Source: Gemmata obscuriglobus (GTDB taxonomy: Bacteria; Planctomycetota; Planctomycetia; Gemmatales; Gemmataceae). Taken from it: a DNA stretch of 32,000 nt. The position numbers and the translations under genes were made by a program. The notes beneath the pieces are model-generated. The model worked only from the letters and a program-made list of their open reading frames with translations, was not told the DNA's origin and ran no database searches. The stretch lies in contig NZ_CP042911.1 of the NCBI RefSeq assembly GCF_008065095.1, forward strand, positions 2,160,001 through 2,192,000. Direction: 5' to 3'. Of the stretch, positions 29,344-32,000 are shown one piece after another. Numbering within the stretch: the first letter of the stretch is position 1; every line of letters starts with the position of its first letter.

Positions 29344-30915
29344 ATGGCCAGCACTGCGTTCCTCGCGCCGCTCACCGACTCGCGCCTGGTCCGCCGGGCC
29401 GCGGACGCCGTCCTGCTGCGCTACGCCCACCACCGGACCGCCCAGCTCGACCGGATGGACGTGGCCGCGGTGCAGCGCAACACGCTCATGCGGCTCGTTC
29501 GCAGGGCGAAACGCACGCAGTTCGGCCGCGATCACGATTTCTCCCGCATCCGCTCGATCGCGGACTATCAGGCCCGCGTGCCGGTGCGCACCTACGAGTG
29601 GTTCTGGGACACGTACTGGAAGGCCGCGTTCCCGCGCATCGATAACCTCACCTGGCCGGGGAAGATCCCGTACTACGCGCTCTCGTCCGGCACCACGAGC
29701 GGGGCGACGAAGTACGTGCCCGTCTCGTGGGAGATGGTCGCGTCGAACAAGAAGGCGGGGTTCACCACCACCGCGCTGTTCCGGCACGCGAACCCGGGCG
29801 CGAAGCTGTTCACCGGGAAGTTCTTCTTCCTGGGGGGCAGCACGGACCTCCGCCGGCAGGACGACGGCAGCCTTGCGGGCGACCTTAGCGGCATCGCCTC
29901 CAAGGAGCTGCTGGAACTGCTCCGCCCGTACACGTTCCCGCCCCGCGACCTCACGCTCATCACCAACTGGGAAGAGAAGGTGCGCCGGTTCGCGGAGCTG
30001 AGCGCGCGCGAGCCCGTCACCGCCCTCAGCGGCATCCCGGCGTGGATGCACGTGCTGTTCACGCGCCTCAAGGAGGTGACCGGTAAGGGCACCATCGCCG
30101 AGATCTGGCCCGACTTGCGCTTGATCGTCCACGGCGGTACGAAGTTCGACCCGTACCGCGAGCTGTTCAAGAAGGAGATCGGCAGCGATCTCGTGAAGTT
30201 CTGCGAGGTGTACCCGTGCTCCGAGGGGTTCGTCGCGACCGAGGACCCGCGGCACCAGCACCTCCGCATCGTGCCGGATCACGGCATCTTCTTCGAGTTC
30301 GTTCCCGTCGGCCAACTGGGGCAGGACCGGCCGACGCGGCACACGCTCGCGGACGTCGAGGTCGGCGTGCAGTACGCGGTGGTGCTGACCTCGTGCGCCG
30401 GCGTGTGGTCGTACCTCGTGGGCGACACCGTGGCGTTCGAGCGCCGCGACCCGCCGCTCATCCGCTTCACCGGGCGGACGAAGTACTTCCTCTCGGCGTT
30501 CGGCGAGCACCTCATCAGTGAAGAGGTCGAGGCGGCCGTCGCGCGGGCCGCGAGCGTGTGCGGGGCGGTGGCGGTGGACTTCCACGTGGGGCCGGTGTTC
30601 CCGTCGGTGCCCGGAAAGGCGGGGCACCACCTGTACCTCGTCGAGTTCGCCGAGGGGCGGCCCGACCTGGCCCGGTTCGCGAAGGAGATCGACGACGAGC
30701 TGAACCGCATCAACGAGGACTACGGGCCGCACCGCGTTGGCGACCTCGCGATGCTGATGCCCGAGGTGCGGGTGGTGAAGCCGGGCGGTTTTGCGGAATG
30801 GATGAAGGCCCGCGGGAAGTACGGCGGGCAGAACAAAGTGCCGCGCATGGACAACAGCGGCGCCATGACGAAAGACATGGCTAACTGGTTCGAGAGCAAC
30901 GGCTGGGCGGGTTGA
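29344..30915 (+). CDS. GH3-family (acyl-adenylate-forming amido synthetase-like) protein
   Basis: The bacterial GH3 signature YYALSSGTTSGATKYVPVS is present, along with FFLGGS, YPCSEGF, YELV-type VQYAVVLTSCAGVWSYLVGDTV, and C-terminal NEDYG...VP. The track ORF starts at TTG 29335, and the first ATG is at 29344. Confidence 0.82.
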   Translation: MASTAFLAPLTDSRLVRRAADAVLLRYAHHRTAQLDRMDVAAVQRNTLMRLVRRAKRTQFGRDHDFSRIRSIADYQARVPVRTYEWFWDTYWKAAFPRIDNLTWPGKIPYYALSSGTTSGATKYVPVSWEMVASNKKAGFTTTALFRHANPGAKLFTGKFFFLGGSTDLRRQDDGSLAGDLSGIASKELLELLRPYTFPPRDLTLITNWEEKVRRFAELSAREPVTALSGIPAWMHVLFTRLKEVTGKGTIAEIWPDLRLIVHGGTKFDPYRELFKKEIGSDLVKFCEVYPCSEGFVATEDPRHQHLRIVPDHGIFFEFVPVGQLGQDRPTRHTLADVEVGVQYAVVLTSCAGVWSYLVGDTVAFERRDPPLIRFTGRTKYFLSAFGEHLISEEVEAAVARAASVCGAVAVDFHVGPVFPSVPGKAGHHLYLVEFAEGRPDLARFAKEIDDELNRINEDYGPHRVGDLAMLMPEVRVVKPGGFAEWMKARGKYGGQNKVPRMDNSGAMTKDMANWFESNGWAG

Positions 30916-30975
30916 GTACGAATCCGAGCGGCCGGCGCGGCGCGGGCCGCCAACCTCACGACTGCACGAAATGCG

Positions 30976-31881
30976 ATGCGCGCACACACACCGTTCGTCG
31001 GATTGGTTCCCGCGGTCCTCACGCCGTTCGACGCGGGCGGCGCCCTCAACCTGTCCGCGGTGGGACCGCAGGCGGAGCGGCTCGCCCGCGACGGCGTCGC
31101 GGGGGTGTTCGTCGGCGGCACCACCGGGGAGTTCTCGTCGCTCACGCAGGGCGAGCGGCTCGCGCTGGCGGAGCGCTGGGCGGCGGTCGTGAAGGGGAGC
31201 CCGACGCGGCTGGTGGTTCACGTCGGGGCGAACTGCCTGGCGGACGCGAAGCAGCTCGCGGCGCAGGCGGACGCGCTCGGGGCCGACGCGATCTCGGCGG
31301 TCGCGCCCAGCTACTTCAAGCCGAAGTCGGTGGACGTGCTGGTTCAGTGGTGTGCGGAGCTGGCGGCGGCGGCGCCGAACACGCCGTTCTACTTCTACGA
31401 CATCCCGGTGCTCACCGGGGTCGCGCTCCCGATGGTCGATTTCCTCGATCAGGCCGCGGAGCGGGTCCCGACGCTCCGCGGGGTGAAGTTCACCAACCCC
31501 GACCTGATGACGTTCCAGCGGCTGCTGCGGGCGGGCGGCGGGCGGTTCGACGTGCTGTTCGGGATGGACGAGCAGTTGCTCACGGCGGTGGTGCTGGGCG
31601 CGCAGGGCGCGGTCGGCAGCGGGTACAACTTCGCGGCGCCGCTCTACAACCGGCTGCTGGCGGCCGCCCGCGCGAACGACTTCGCGACCGCCCGCGCGGA
31701 GCAGTACCGGGGCGTGGAAGTGGTCGCGGTGCTCATGCGCTACGGGTATCTGGCCGCCGCAAAGGAGCTGCTCCGCCTGCGCGGCCTCGACCTCGGCTCG
31801 GTCCGGTTGCCGCACGTCCCGCTGACGCCGGACCAGGCCGCGAGCCTGCGCCGCGACCTCGAATCGCTGAGCGCTCTGTAA
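30976..31881 (+). CDS. DapA-family class I aldolase, N-acetylneuraminate-lyase-like
   Basis: The protein is 301 aa. The motifs are GVFVGGTTGEFSSLTQGER (GTTGE), FYFYDIP (the family's Y-x-x-P region) and LRGVKFTNPDLMTFQRLL. The last holds the Schiff-base Lys in a GVKFT context resembling the Haemophilus NanA motif GVKFTAGD. Confidence 0.78.
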   Translation: MRAHTPFVGLVPAVLTPFDAGGALNLSAVGPQAERLARDGVAGVFVGGTTGEFSSLTQGERLALAERWAAVVKGSPTRLVVHVGANCLADAKQLAAQADALGADAISAVAPSYFKPKSVDVLVQWCAELAAAAPNTPFYFYDIPVLTGVALPMVDFLDQAAERVPTLRGVKFTNPDLMTFQRLLRAGGGRFDVLFGMDEQLLTAVVLGAQGAVGSGYNFAAPLYNRLLAAARANDFATARAEQYRGVEVVAVLMRYGYLAAAKELLRLRGLDLGSVRLPHVPLTPDQAASLRRDLESLSAL

Positions 31882-31943
31882 CGGCCGGGGCCGTGGGCGC
31901 CGCCGCGCGGCTCCAGAACGGGCAGTCGCCGCGGGTTCCGCTG

Positions 31944-31972
31944 TTTACCGGCGCGAATGTGTGAGCTATAGT
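31944..31972 (+). promoter_or_regulatory. Sigma70-like promoter candidate pointing out of the right window edge
   Basis: TTTACC at 31944-31949 (4/6 to TTGACA), a 17-nt spacer, and TATAGT at 31967-31972 (5/6 to TATAAT) sit in an AT-richer patch downstream of the lyase stop. Pattern match only. Confidence 0.25.
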
Positions 31973-32000
31973 TTACACTTAACACGGGCCACTAGCCCGG

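Noticed and set aside
29068-31815. A 915-aa ORF on the - strand
   Set aside because: It is antisense to the GH3 and NanA-like genes, which have clear family motifs, and it also spans the non-coding palindromic element at 29203-29326. Its composition is shadow-like (R/A/G/P/E-rich).
1-32000. Search for tRNA/rRNA genes, transposases, integrases, phage genes, toxin-antitoxin pairs or known defence-system signatures
   Set aside because: By eye I recognised none of these: no T-loop/anticodon-arm patterns in the intergenic regions, no DDE or tyrosine-recombinase motifs, and no small paired ORFs. This is an absence by inspection only, and a tRNAscan/Infernal/HMM run would be needed to confirm it.

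Overview
This is a GC-rich segment (about two-thirds G+C by eye, not computed), densely coding and chromosomal in appearance. It is most likely from a planctomycete of the Gemmata group. The lineage markers are a prepilin-type DUF1559 (H-X9-DG) protein, a TIGR02996 'repeat-companion' + LRR protein, a WD40 protein and a Hanks-type Ser/Thr kinase. I call 20 CDS. I saw no rRNA, tRNA, CRISPR array, transposase or integrase. The long ORFs in the track that run antisense to these genes are Arg/Ala/Gly/Pro-rich shadows typical of high-GC DNA. The centrepiece is an eight-gene redox island at 3263-16054, arranged in two divergent arms around a 264-bp control region. The minus arm encodes four proteins. 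The first is a 5-TM protein with two H-x13-H pairs, a di-haem-b signature. The second is a membrane-anchored decahaem cytochrome c. The third is a NuoE-NuoF fusion, the NADH/FMN input module. The fourth is a 919-aa Fe-S protein in which a NuoG-like N-terminus and a DmsB/HybA-like 4x[4Fe-4S] C-terminus are separated by two cyclic-nucleotide-binding domains. The plus arm encodes three tandem paralogous pentahaem cytochromes, two of which have a CX4CH first haem site. That gives 25 c-haem sites in total. The island has no complex I membrane subunits, no molybdopterin or hydrogenase catalytic subunit, and no CXXCK motif. I read it as a candidate undescribed, second-messenger-gated, NADH-linked transmembrane electron conduit; this is inference only. 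The rest of the window holds a GT87-like membrane glycosyltransferase and a YrdC-like/LMW-phosphatase fusion overlapping rpiB. It also holds a secreted two-module protein, a double-DUF1801 protein and a 992-aa zinc-ribbon/TM/Gly-Pro-Met-rich/DUF1559-like protein. A plus-strand block follows, made of a hydrolase, a COG3963 methyltransferase, a GH3 enzyme and a NanA-like lyase. Several intergenic structures stand out: a perfect 28-bp hairpin, a ~124-bp palindromic element, and an ACAGGAT 9-bp-phased repeat cassette.
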